DNA of 60,139 nucleotides, counting the filler, from Jimgerdemannia flammicorona (taxonomy: Eukaryota): NCBI GenBank assembly GCA_003990765.1. It is 2 parts of 2 records of this genome, joined end to end, with 100 filler letters (N's around TTAATTAATTAA, not from the genome) between each part and the next. Parts side by side here need not be neighbours in the genome. Positions count along the whole stretch, not along the records: positions 30,121 to 60,139 come from RBNJ01000459.1; 1 more part is not named here. One strand, given 5' to 3'. Position 1 is the stretch's first letter; each line of letters opens with the position of its first letter. The position numbers were made by a program, and so were the translations under genes. Below, one piece after another: positions 38,701-50,846 of this stretch. The notes below the pieces were generated by a model. It had not been told where the DNA came from, made no database searches, and was given only the letters and a program-made list of their open reading frames with translations.

Positions 38701-39814
38701 TAGTATTGGGTATTGTGTGAAAAATTGGAGCCTTTGCAGATGATATAGTGGTTAGCCTGAGATTGATTACAGATATTAAGGAGCTCCAGAAAATAGTAGA
38801 GTGGTATGAGGTATATTCTGAGGCTAAACTTAACTAATATAAATATAAAACAATAGTACTAAACAATGACCTAGTAAAAGAGAATGTCATTGGAACAATT
38901 GTTTCTATTAAAGAGACTGTGAGGTACTTAGACATCTATCTTTTAGTATATGGGTCAGTTCTGCTGAGTCATTGATAGAAACAGTAGGTGGCTATCTGGG
39001 GAGAGGCCCTGCAGAGTTAGAGAGGCTGTCAAATGTCTTTAGTAGAGTATATTATGATTCTGAATATCTACTAGCTGCCTAAGTTATAGTACCTGGTATA
39101 TCATCTAGACTTTCTAGCCTAGGTAGTGAAGAGACTATTGAAGTTGGCTAAAGGTTGAATCTAGGCTGAGTGGAGGAGTTGGATTAGCTGGAAAATCCTA
39201 TTACTGCTAGTAGCTAGAGGAGGTCTTGGGCTGGTTAACTTTTTAAAGAGGCTATATTGTTTGAGAGTATGGTGGCTGAAGAGAGCAGTGGAATTGAGGA
39301 GTAGTAGCTAGGCTTCTTTAATGAAGAAGGTCTGAGAGATGAGATACCCACCAAGAGATTCTACTAGAGATCTACTGTCCTTGGTTGGGCTTCAAAATAG
39401 TGAGCATATGTGGTATAAGAGTTTCTGATAGAGAATAGTTGATAGGACTCACTATATTGAAATTTTCTGACAGAGAGATAAAGGGGAGATACTCTGGGGT
39501 CTGGTAATATAGAGATAAGACAGAGTATTACTAGAGGGTACCCTCTTTTTAGACTTTAATATTAGTGATAAGGTTGAGTACCAAAGAGAGTTAGGACAGG
39601 ATGTATGGTCTGGTAGTTGATAGGTAGCAGATATTGGAAAAGAGTAAGACTGAGATAGAATCTGAGCCTAGAGTATAGAGGTGAGATGATGGTTACCACC
39701 TAAGTACTAGATGGTCTGGTGGCATATACTATAGAGAAATGTTATGTTCAACTTTCACTCAGGTCACCTTATAGAAAGAAGGAGCTTTGACTGTGAGAAG
39801 TGCTATAATGTAGG

Positions 39815-42530
39815 TGTAAGCACACAACCTCCAAGTCACCAAAATCATATAGTATCCTCAGAACTAATTTGGAAACCACATGCAAGACTACAAAACAAGT
39901 TACTGAAGAGATCATCTGGTTATACAAAATATGCCAGCAAGCACAAGAACTCACCACCAAGATATAAGAATACTAGAAGAAGTACTACAACCATAAGACT
40001 AACTCTGAACCACTATAACTAGTTTGGTATACTATACTATTACAAAAGAAAACCAAAAGTACCAAACTCAAATCAAGACAAGAAGAACCCTATCTCATCT
40101 ACTAAAAGGTTCACAAACTGCACTTATTAACTCAAGATCAAGATATATCACAACTATACAAGACCTCATTACTTAGCAGAAGCAAAACACATTTGAACAA
40201 CTTCATTCGCTCTATCTGTGTCACCTCCATTGGAGAGTAACAGATACTTCATCTGAACTCAAGAAAGCCAACATTGTCAAAACCAATCTCAAGCCATCCA
40301 CATGACAGATATTACTACTAGAAATTGTCTCAGATTATAGAAAATATCATTTCCAAGAGATTTGAACCCCCAGCTATAACATTGGAAGCCCTTGCCCTAG
40401 ATGAGAATGGCCAGTCCTCGCAAATGCACCAGTAGACCAAAAAAAAAGAGAACCAAGACCTGTTATCCTTGTACAACTACTGCCACTAAGGACAGCCTTA
40501 ATCTTACAAGAGATAGAAGTGACAATACCTTGAAACTGATGATATCAGAAGTCAGAAAACTGCTCAGACTTTGCCAGCAATGATGTCATCAATAGTGATG
40601 TCATCAAAGACTACCCAGATAGTGTCTAAACCTATAAATAGCTTAGCAGTCATAGTATAGTTAGATTAGTCTTGTACAACATGACTGTGAACTGACTCAG
40701 TAGTCAGATAATCTCCTAATATATCAGATCACACTTGTACTATATGACTACATTCTGACTCTTTTTTTTTTTTTTTTTTTTTTTTTGTTTAATAGACTCT
40801 ATGTCCCGCAGATTTTTATTGGAAGGGAACCTAGACTATATAGGCCAAAACCCTCCCCCACCACCCATCAAGCACTGCCCTCCCATTAACCTAGACTAGC
40901 TATTGTCCAGCAGCTTGACCATGCCAGACGCAGCAGGGCAAAGTAGCCTGCACCTCATTCTGTGCACCATGCTCTCCCTACTACCAGGGGAAACCCAGCC
41001 ATATGCCAACGACCGAAAGCGCACGCCCGAGAACCCAACATATGTACAAGGCCACACCCGAGCCGAATAGAATAGCCCCTACCACCCCAAAGAGAATGAC
41101 AGACAAAAAAAAAGCCCTCATCAAAGCACAACATAGTGGGTAGGGCCTGGTTCTCCCAGTCAAGGTGAGTAGAGGACTTATATGTGAGGTGGGAGGAGAC
41201 CCCCAATACCCCACTACTCAAGCCTGTAGGCCTCGATCATGTTGCTGTATCAGCTCCCAGTTCCAGTTGAGTGTAGCCAAGATGTCTGAAATGGGTAGCC
41301 TCGGGCCCCTCAATCCCCCCTGACAACCAGGGCCCAACCCCATGAATCGCCAAAAGAAGCCGAGAGTGACACCTACTACCTAATCACACCGCACCAATCA
41401 AAAGGCCCCACTGAAGCAGCACCCACCCCAGCCCCGATGACCGCCCCCAGCCTGGCACCCTACTGGTTCATCATAATCACCCTTCCTCCTATCTGTGATG
41501 GCCATCTCCTCTCCCATCCTGACATCACCCAAAAAACAGTCATCTATGCCAGAACTGCACTCGCCGGGAAGCTCGCCAAAGCCAGAGGGCCCCACCATAG
41601 GCACCGAGGATCTGCAGGTAACCTATACTGAGCACTTAATGCCCAAGGTCGGCCGACTCCCTATGTAGCCTGAGACACACCGAGACAACTCCTTGTTGGC
41701 GATAGCAAAAGGAAGAAGGCACTGCACCAAAATGGGTACACCCCAGATGCAGCTGAAGGTACCAGAATCCGCAAAAAAGTGGAGAAATCACTGATCCAAC
41801 ACTGATAAAGGGGCAACTCATTACTATTGCCCTCCTCCCACTATGCTCCTATAGACACAACAAACCAACCCGAGGTAGAGGGGGTAATATTAGGGGAAAG
41901 GGGACTCAGAAGATTGCCTACCAAACCTTGTGACCAGTAAGGTAGTGGAGAAAGAAGCTTACTACATTCTGACTCAGCAAGGTACTAAGTACTATATCCA
42001 TATTTAGTATAGTCTAGATAGCTCCTCACTAGTATAAATACCCCCTCCCCCAGACCTCAGAATCTCAGACTTGAAAGACCTGAACAATCCAAACACAACT
42101 CCTGAGTACTTTCCCACAATATTCCTTTACACAACTACTCTTAGTATAGCAATATCATGAATAGCAAATAAACCTATTTAATAACCTATAAACTACTCTT
42201 AAGTAAATCTGCTCTCCATTAGATCCCACTCCTAACCCTGTCATAAAATTTCCTAATTGGGTATTGTCTGTAGTGATACATCAATTCAACTAAGCTGGTC
42301 TTAGTTTCTTGAACTTCCTGAAATACAAAAAATCCTGAACATCCAGAACTAGTCTGAAAAAGAACTTTGGTTGAGACATCAATCCGATCTAGAAATCAAT
42401 AAGCATAGAGAATGTACTCTATATGAAATTGATCTTGATTATAAGAAAACAGTCTTCCAGAACATCCAGAACTTCCAGAAACCCCTTCCAAAACTACATA
42501 ATAGTTACCCTAAAAAGCAACCCTCTTACA
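39815..42530 (+). mobile_element. Long solo LTR (~1.5 kb without the nested retroposon) containing a decayed ORF
   Basis: TGTAAG...CTTACA termini; perfect 5-bp TSD GTAGG (39810-39814 and 42531-42535) splitting the LINE zf-RVT; TATAAATA at 42033 and AATAAA at ~42167; no internal terminal direct repeats seen. Confidence 0.85.
40762..41960 (-). mobile_element. Non-autonomous retroposon copy 2 (youngest)
   Basis: Perfect 15-bp TSD actacattctgactc (40747-40761 and 41961-41975); 25-nt poly(A) tail; retains many CpGs. Confidence 0.93.
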
Positions 42531-43058
42531 GTAGGGCAGGAAGAAGGATTTGTGCAGATGCTAGAATATTGACTAAGAAAGTATAAGATACTTAGTAATT
42601 TTTTATTAGTAGTTAGGAGTAGATTGGGTATTGTATAAAGGAGAGATAATGAGAGGGATCAATAGGAGGATCTGAAGGATAGATTGATATAAGGGGTTGG
42701 GAAGGAGTGGTTTACTTTAGATTAGATATTTGCTATATGAGTGGGGCTGATGGGTCACTGGTTGTTTGTTTTTAAGGAAGAAAAGTATTTAGATTTAAAA
42801 GAATAGCTGTTAAGATAAGAGTTGATAGAAGATATCTTAACAGGCTGGTGGCTGGAATGGGGTCTGCAGAGAGGTCAGCAGTGCTAATTGGTAGAGAAAA
42901 TCTATAGACAGAGTGAGGAGAGAGTTGGAGTGATGAGGAATAAGATAGTATTCAAGTATGAGAATATAAAGAGTGGGTCTCCTAGAGAGATTGGGTAGTA
43001 GGAGGGGGGAAATGTAATTATATTTAATAGATTGGGGTAATAAAGGAGTCCAAGTAAC

Positions 43059-43093
<35 letters not shown>

Positions 43094-43366
43094 ATTTATT
43101 TATAAAATTTCAACTATATACTTTTTTATAAATATCTACTTTGATGTTTTTTATTGTATTTGTCACCCTTCTTACCAAAACTAAAGAAAGGTATATAGGT
43201 GAGAGATATGTAAGTGAGGTATACAGGTACATTTGACTATGCACTATATTCACATTTATTATCATAGTTGAATATACATTGCTCCATTCACGTCCCACTA
43301 ACGACGCCCGGAACCATCTTAGGTACTTGAACTACCTTGCCACCCACTCCCAAAATCTTTCTCATA

Positions 43367-43520
43367 TCACAGACAGAGCTTACAATGAATGTCTGTGGGG
43401 AGATTGTAGCCGAGCTGATTGCCGCACACGAGGGCGGCAAGGACGTGGACCTGAATCAAATCAAAACCCGCGTCTTGAGCCGTTGCGAGGACACTCAACA
43501 AATAAACCAAGGCCACTGCT
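43367..43520 (+). pseudogene. ELP3: ELP3 (Elongator catalytic subunit) N-terminal fragment
   Basis: SQTELTMNVCGEIVAELIAAHEGGKDVDLNQIKTRVLSR matches the ELP3 N-terminus ([35 protein letters not shown]). Similarity continues briefly in a shifted frame (GHSTNKPR) and then stops; there is no room for the radical-SAM/HAT domains. Confidence 0.8.
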
Positions 43521-43795
43521 TTGCTGGTGCTGTTCAAGGATCACATAGAGGAGGTATCCAATATATAGCTCTTCTCTTTTTATTTGAAGAAAATTTAGTT
43601 GTTAGAGACTGTGCAGGGCGGCCTAAACTTTGGCATCTCCACTACAGGGCGCACGACACAGGACCCGTATATACTCTATGAAGTGTATTGGCGGAACAAA
43701 AAAGTCCTTGTTTTCACCACTGCACCCTCAACAACCGCCTGACCCGCAACTGAAGAAGCCGCCACAACACCCCTCTATATGTATCGCTCGCTCGT

Positions 43796-43912
43796 TCACT
43801 TCTTGCTTTTAGAGTTTACATTAACGAAATGGTATATGACGATGAGGATCATGGTGAGCGAGCCGAGGACGTTCGCGATAGTACCGAGTTGCGTGTCTGT
43901 AATTGTCATCAT
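43796..43912 (-). CDS. OST4: Oligosaccharyltransferase subunit OST4 (38 aa), intact; probable 5'-UTR intron ~44017-43921
   Basis: MMTITDTQLGTIANVLGSLTMILIVIYHFVNVNSKSKK* matches the Ost4 family (MITD.QL...AN.LG....LIV.YH.V); lies in a CpG-retaining island. Confidence 0.93.
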   Translation of the reverse strand: MMTITDTQLGTIANVLGSLTMILIVIYHFVNVNSKSKK

Positions 43913-44437
43913 GGTAGTGGCTATTGTAGTCTTGGGAATAGAAACACAAGGTAATGAGCGGCAAGAGACAATACGGCTTGTTAAGGAAGGGGGACTTGGA
44001 AGTGAACGAGCACTCACCTGTTGCAAGGAAGAGAGGGGCGGGGGGTTGAAAGAGAGAGAGGTGGATACGCGAGGCGACTGTTCAAAATGGTATGAACGAA
44101 TAGGGTGTGGACAGATCGGAGCTGACGTCATCTGCAAAGCCACCGTCACCCCACTAAATCGTTGGACCCTATGAACCTTTAATTCACAGGCATTTGCTCT
44201 TTATAGAAGTATCTCAAAATAAGTCTTAAAAAAAGTTATTAGTTTTCTTCAACTTATTAGTTTATTTATATATTAAATAAAAATATATTATATTAGTTAC
44301 TAATATTTGGTTTTATTATAAATATATAATTAAAATATTAAATATTAATAAAATATTTGATAATAATATTAATATAACTCTTATTATAGAAACTTATTAA
44401 GAAAATATAATAAAACTCCATGCTGATAGAATTAATA

Positions 44438-44620
44438 TGTTGTGAATAGTCAATGGTGAATATTAGCTCTAAGTTCTGAGTTTTTGAGAAAATGCTAAGT
44501 TCTAATTATCTATTATAATAAAGTCTATATATCACTTTTAAGTTCTTGTACTGATGAAAGTGCTATGCTTGTATCCTAAGTTGATCAGACTCAGAATTGT
44601 TAACAAGTTATATCTGAGAG
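44438..44620 (+). repeat. Possible short copia-type LTR with PBS remnant
   Basis: TGTTG...TTAACA (44438-44605) followed by aGTTATA, resembling GGTTATG. Confidence 0.3.
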
Positions 44621-44623
44621 TTC

Positions 44624-46400
44624 TGTAATAAGAATACTGCTTTATTCTTATATTTAAAAAAAGTAGAGCTGAGATTACAATATATTTAATACAGAGAATA
44701 TTTATATATATTTGAGATTATGACTAAATATGATATACTGGGTATGTCTATACATATTTATACTATTTGGGTAACTATAACTACTGGTTGGAAATTTCAT
44801 AAAAATTTTTATTAGAATTTCTATCAGAATTTCCAATAGCTTATAGATATATAATAATTTATTATATTTTCCTTTCTTTATCTGAGCTTACTCATTAGAC
44901 TCAACACTAAACTCTAAATACTTATCAAACTAAAGAGCAGTATACTGAACTATTTGAAAAAATTATTACTCTATTATTTCTTACTTAAATTAATAATATT
45001 CTCAGAAGATATTTTATAGAGATAGTTAAAGACTTAGAGTCAGATATAGAAAAGAACATAAAGTCTTTTGGTAATGATATAGATATGATTATTAATGAAA
45101 AGATAGGCTCATTGTTTGGTAGTACTGAGAGTAGCTTATTGATAGATAAGATATTATATCTTATAGTACTCTTTTAATTTTTATTAGTAGTAAAAAGTCT
45201 AAAAATATTAAATTATTTTAAGATATTATTAGACTTTATTTAGATCTAGGTCTCTAGAGATTCATATATTGATAGAAAGTAGTTTAGTAGAATTTTATTG
45301 ATATTTAATAGTCATAAAGACAGTAGTAGTAATTTTATTCTTAATTTGTTCTCAGTATTATTACTTGATACTTATATTGAGATAGGCTATTTGTATAAGA
45401 TTTTTTCAGAATATTTATACTTCTCTTCATCAGAGATATTCAGAAGTATAACTGTCTTTCAAAAATTCTATCAGAATTTCTATTATATTAGATATTTATA
45501 TTAAGTTACTACTTCTTCTATATTTAGTAAAAGATTATCTTTTTTTTCTCAGATAGTATCATATTTAGAGTATTCTTTCTATTTTATAAGATAGTACTAG
45601 ATGAACTTGGTAGCTTATCCAAATCAGTAATTCTTATGATCTAAAATATAATCTATTTTATATTTTAGTTGCTAATCAATAATTACTAGATCTAGAGATA
45701 AAACAGCTCTTTTTTTAAAGGTAATTGGAGTATATAACTGAAGTTGAGATATATGAAATATTGGATAGATTCTTTCTAGTATTGCTAAGAGATCTAACTT
45801 ATATATGATAAATTCATATTTTTTAAGAATCTTGAATAGTTTAATATAGTAAGATCCAAGCTTCTTTTTGGAATCTATATTGTCCAGAGTTAGATACTAG
45901 ATACTAAGTAATACTTATTCTTCTTTTTCATAAGTGACTTCTTTTTTATTTTTATCAGTATATGTATATTATTTATATTCTTTATATCTCTATGAGAGCA
46001 TCTCATACTTACTAGATATTATCTTATATAGTATTAGTGATTTTTATACAGCTGATACTATAGTTTAGATAACAACTATAAGAGTTTGTAGATATTATCT
46101 ATAGTTTAGATAAAATGGCATTATCTTGATATATATACTTATATTATTATTATATATAAATTCAGCTAGAGTTGGCTTTTTGTCTTAATTATTTTACTTA
46201 TATATAACTATAATAGATACTATATAAATATCTACTTTAGAGTTTAATTAGTCCTTTCTGTTTATTTATATATTTATAAGCAGTATATTATAGATATTTT
46301 TAGTTATACTCTTAGGCTCTTGAAGAGTACTTACTAAAAGTTATTTATAAATTTTGTATCTTAGTCTGAGATAATTGCTGATTCTCTAAGACTACTGCTA
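44624..46400 (-). mobile_element. Chromovirus (Ty3/gypsy) 3' end: integrase core, GPY/F motif, chromodomain, PPT and 3' LTR (44624-44866)
   Basis: Decayed AIISD.DTKF..NF...LF (46390-46310), KKLGSYYIKLFKI and IYPIFHISQL (45870-45740), chromodomain-like YILDHK...YYLIK*KEYSKYDTI*E (45670-45510); LTR ends AATAAA...TTACA. Confidence 0.75.
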
Positions 46401-47049
46401 TTAGTACCATCTACTAGATCAGCAGGAAAGACAGAGACCCCAGAGACTAGAACCTCTGAATATAGTTATATAGTCAACTACTTTCTAAGTTACTACTAAG
46501 TTGATTCAGAGGACAAGGTTTCTTTACCCAAATAGAAGTATACCCCTTGTTTACTCTTCCTCCAACTTATAACTAAGATGGATACCAATTCTTAAGACAA
46601 TAAGAAATTAACAACCAGGAGTATCATTTCCAAGCAATGGGATATTGTAACTATGGAAGACATCCAGACTGCTGAGACTACAGACATCAGAAGATTCACC
46701 TCAGTTATGATATTGTAATCCACACTTTGAAGAGAGGAGATAACAGAGGCCAGATCTGAAGAAGCCAGATCAAGAAGCCAAAAAGAAGGATCCTTAAGAT
46801 CTATAATTTAGGAGAAGACATCTTAGCTCTCATCAGATATACAACCTACTAAGAATAGATAGAAGATGCTACCAACTTCATGAAAGCCCTAGACTCAACA
46901 GGAAGAAGGGGAATCAACTATCTCTGAGACCCCTCTATTGAAGCCAGATGGTCACACCTAAACCTCAGAGCCTGGAGACTCTCTGCTAATAGAGCTTTAG
47001 CCCTAGAACAGCCTGAACTCAGCAAGGACATTGCCCAGTATGCTCTGCT

Positions 47050-47435
47050 ATATCTAAAGGCCAAACCCCAGACCAAAACTTACCCAGAAGATGTGAGATA
47101 TGACCTTCACAGTCTGGAAGATGAATCTATTAAGCTTGAAAAGACCTTCATAATCAGAATAAGACTAGTTATACAGCCACCCTAAGGAGCTTACATCCAA
47201 CTGACCTTAAGATCTGAACTTGCCAGACAAGAAATAACTATAAAAGGAGAAACTATTGACCCAGGATATACAGGTGAAATCAAGGTCATCCTACACAATA
47301 GTAATATAGAATAGTACTAAATTATTAGAGGACAGAAGATTGCCCAAGCAGTCTTTATGAAGGTCAAGATCTCACAGTTATAAGAAGTTTCCAAATTAAC
47401 TGAAGGAATGAGACAAGCTAAAGGATTTGGAAGTT
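47050..47435 (+). pseudogene. dut: dUTPase domain of gypsy B, upstream of RT
   Basis: YPEDVRYDL...LTLRSELA...GETIDPGYTGEIKVIL...GQKIAQAV...RQAKGFGS corresponds to dUTPase motifs I-V. Confidence 0.9.
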
Positions 47436-50318
47436 TAGATAAGAAGGAAGTATATCTCCTTCAAGTCAATTATCTCAAGAAGAATATCTCCCAGCAAGTA
47501 TACTACCAACCAGTCAAACTGCACAAGAACCTTATTCTGGAGCCTGGAGAACAAACCACCTTTGAAATCTTTGCACCATCTGATCTCAGAAATCTCTTCT
47601 TTGAACCCAATGAAGATATTCTACATCTGGATATAGAAGGATATACATTCTCTGACAAGATAAACCCAGTTCACTTCTGAGCAATCAACCAAAGTTGGGA
47701 AACTATCATCTTGCTAAAAGGAATCATCATAGGACATCTAGTGCCTTTTCTTAACCAAACCTATAGAGAAGTTTATAAACTAAACTTATTGGAAAATGGT
47801 AAAAGATCCTAGAAGAAAGGAAAGGCCCCTCTGTGATCCAGGAGACAGTGAAGCCTTCCACCAACATTGAAGAAGAACTGATATCCCAACAATGACAATA
47901 ACTAGTAGAACTCCTCAACAAATATCAAGATATCTTCACTACTGATTATGACAACCTGTCATAGAACCCATCATATCACCATAGCATAAATACAGAAAAT
48001 GCAATACCCATCTGGCAGAAACCCTATAGAATACTCTATCACTTAAAAACATTTGAAAAAGAGTACATTTAAGAATTCTTAGACAATGGAGTCATCCAAC
48101 TCTCTACCAGCCCCTGGGCTAGCCCTATACTTATTATATTAAAGAAAGGAGGATAGAGACTCTGTATGGATTACAGAAAACTCAATTCAGTCACTAAAAA
48201 GAATATCTATTCTTTGCCCAGAATCAATGACCTCTTGGATTAACTATAAGATGCCAGATACTTCAGTAGTATAGACCTTTTTGCAGAATTCCACGAAATC
48301 TCCATAGACCCCAAAGACATTCAAAAAACAGCCTTTCTTGCTCTAGGAAAACTATTTGAATACCTCCAAATGCCTTTTGGACTTTACAATATACTCCTCA
48401 CCTTTCAGAGGATGATAAATTCAGTCTATACTCCTTTGATCCACTACTGTCTGATTATATATATAGATGATTCCAACATCTATTCAGTAAATTTTGAAGA
48501 ACACCTACACCATCTAGAGAAATTCTTCAAGCTCACCTACAAGAACCATCTGAGACTAAATATAAAGAAATGCTACTTTGGGAAACAGAAACTTAAATTT
48601 CTTAAATTTATAGTTTTGAAAGAAGGAACCCATGTAGACTTAAAGAAAACTGAGAAGATCAACAACTGGCCAGTACCCAAGACTCCAAAGGAAACACTAT
48701 CATTCCTGATACTAGTATCCTACTATAGAAGATTTATCAAGGACTTTGCCCAAATTGCTGCCCCAATTCAAGTCCTTCTCAAGAAAGGAGTACCTTATAA
48801 ATAGATAGAATTATAAGAGAAAGCCTTCAAAGAACTCAAGAACTACATGACCACAGCATCAATCCTTGTATACCCCAATCTACAGAAGCCATTCATCTTA
48901 TATACAGATGCTTCCAAAGATGGCCTAAGAACAGTTCTAGCCCAAGAAGGACCTGACTAATAATACTATGTAATAGCTTATACAAGCTGAGCTACCAATC
49001 AGCAGCAGATGAACTATGGTAGCACCAAACTAGAATGCCTTGCAGTCATATGAGTAGTCACCCTGTTCAAGCATTACTTCATCAGAAAAAGATTCACTCT
49101 GATCACAGACTATGCAGCCCTCAAATGGCTATTCAACTATAAGAAACCTATCAGAATTCTGGCCCATTGGATCCTTATCCTTCAGAATTACAAAATCACC
49201 ATCATCCACAAAACAGAGAAAGCTCACAACAATGTTGATATACTTTCCCACCAGCCCCAATGAATCAGAAGAAAGGTATCCCAAGAAACTACACTCTAAA
49301 GAAAGCTCTTCAGATCATTAAGACACAAGAAGATCTCATTCAAAAAGAACACCAGAAAGCCTACTAAGGATAAGAAAATATAGAAGAAAAGCTATGAACA
49401 ATACATCAGCATTAGCCCAATCTCAGAATACAAGTCCAGGATATATTTAAAAAATATGACACCTGCTAGAAGTACCAAGAAAGGAAGAATTATCAAGCAC
49501 TACTATAATCAATCACACTATCAGACAATATCTTTCAGAGATGGGGAGTAGATATAATTAGACTCCTACCAGTTATACCAAGAAGAAATAAGTATATTCT
49601 AGTATTTATAGAATATCTGACCAAATGGCCCAAGGCTTTTCCAATGAAAATTGCAGATACCTTAACCATTGTAGGTCTTCTTTATAAACTCACACTCAGA
49701 TATAGACCCCCAGAAGAACTCATCTCTGACCGAGGCACAGAATTCATCAATAACATAATATAAGTTATGCCTAAATTTACAAGATCCACCTCAAATAAAC
49801 CACATCATACTACTCTCAGACCAATGGTATGACAGAAAGAATGAACCAGACCATTAAGAGAGAACTTGCCCAAATCAATTCTACTAATTGGGATCTTTGC
49901 TTACCTGAGATCCTATGGGAAATTCAGAATACCTCTATTGCTTCTACCAAACAAAAGCCATCTGAAATGATGTTTGTCAAGAAAACCAAAACTGCTGACC
50001 ATGAGAATCTTAGAGACCTCCTTAAGAAGGCAAAACAGTTATATAATCAAGCTCAAGCCTAGATTATTAAGGCTCAAGAAAGACAAAAGAAGTACTATAA
50101 TCAGAAACAGAAAGATCAGAAGATCAAGATTGGAGATCAAGTACTAGTTTGGAGAAGTATGATTGAAATGAACTTTGCTACTAAATTGAAGCCCAAATAA
50201 GAAGGATCTTATCTTATATATAACATTTGAGGAACCAATATCTATTTAAGAAGCATAGATAGACAGACTCTCAGAATACTAGTATATATCAACTGCCTCA
50301 AGATATATCTCTCTCATC

Positions 50319-50806
50319 ATGAACCAGACAATTGACCAGTACCTCTAGACCCTTGTTCTGAGTTCATTCTAATCACTCCCAGTTTCCCTTCCACAATTCC
50401 AATAAGCCAATGGAAACCCTCTTTGGCAAATCTAGATCTATTAAGAGAATCTCACTTTGGCCAGATATTTACTGCAAGTCCACTAGCTGCAGGCCTACTA
50501 TGCAATTGGAGAATAGTTGTAGAACCTTCCAGTAGCAGATCTGACCTATATTAGAAAAATATCACTGCTGCAGACAGATTATATACAATTTATAAACAAA
50601 ATGTCCCAGCATTAACACAAGTACAATTTCTGCTGAATGACATTCAAAACATGAATTCTGCTATCTATTAGAGTATTATCAACTATATCAAAATCCTGTT
50701 TCTAGAGGAAGAAGAATCTGTTGAGTGAAGTAACTCTGATCCAAATGAAGATACCAGTTCAGGTATTGATGCTGAAGATGCTTACATATATTGGAATGAT
50801 GACTAA
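50319..50806 (+). pseudogene. Accessory ORF between integrase and 3' LTR of gypsy B (unknown function, acidic tail)
   Basis: ATG overlaps the integrase end; ~160 codons with one frameshift; stops revert to CAA/CAG/CGA; contains AYYAIGE.L and AADRLYTIYK. Confidence 0.6.
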
Positions 50807-50846
50807 AGGATTGTCTGAGGACAGACCATCCTTTAGTGGGGGCTGA

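Larger units (their letters stand above)
35790..43090 (+). mobile_element. LINE copy 4, subfamily A, 5'-truncated, very decayed, interrupted by a solo LTR
   Basis: Starts in ORF1 (VV*LLVKGVPMVT); ORF2 from ~36625; RT ~38230-38800; zf-RVT split at 39814/42531; AATAAA and poly(A) at 43061-43090. Confidence 0.92.

Noticed and set aside
43796..44149. 117-aa extended OST4 ORF
   Set aside because: The extension reads through a probable 5'-UTR intron; family similarity covers only the last 38 aa.
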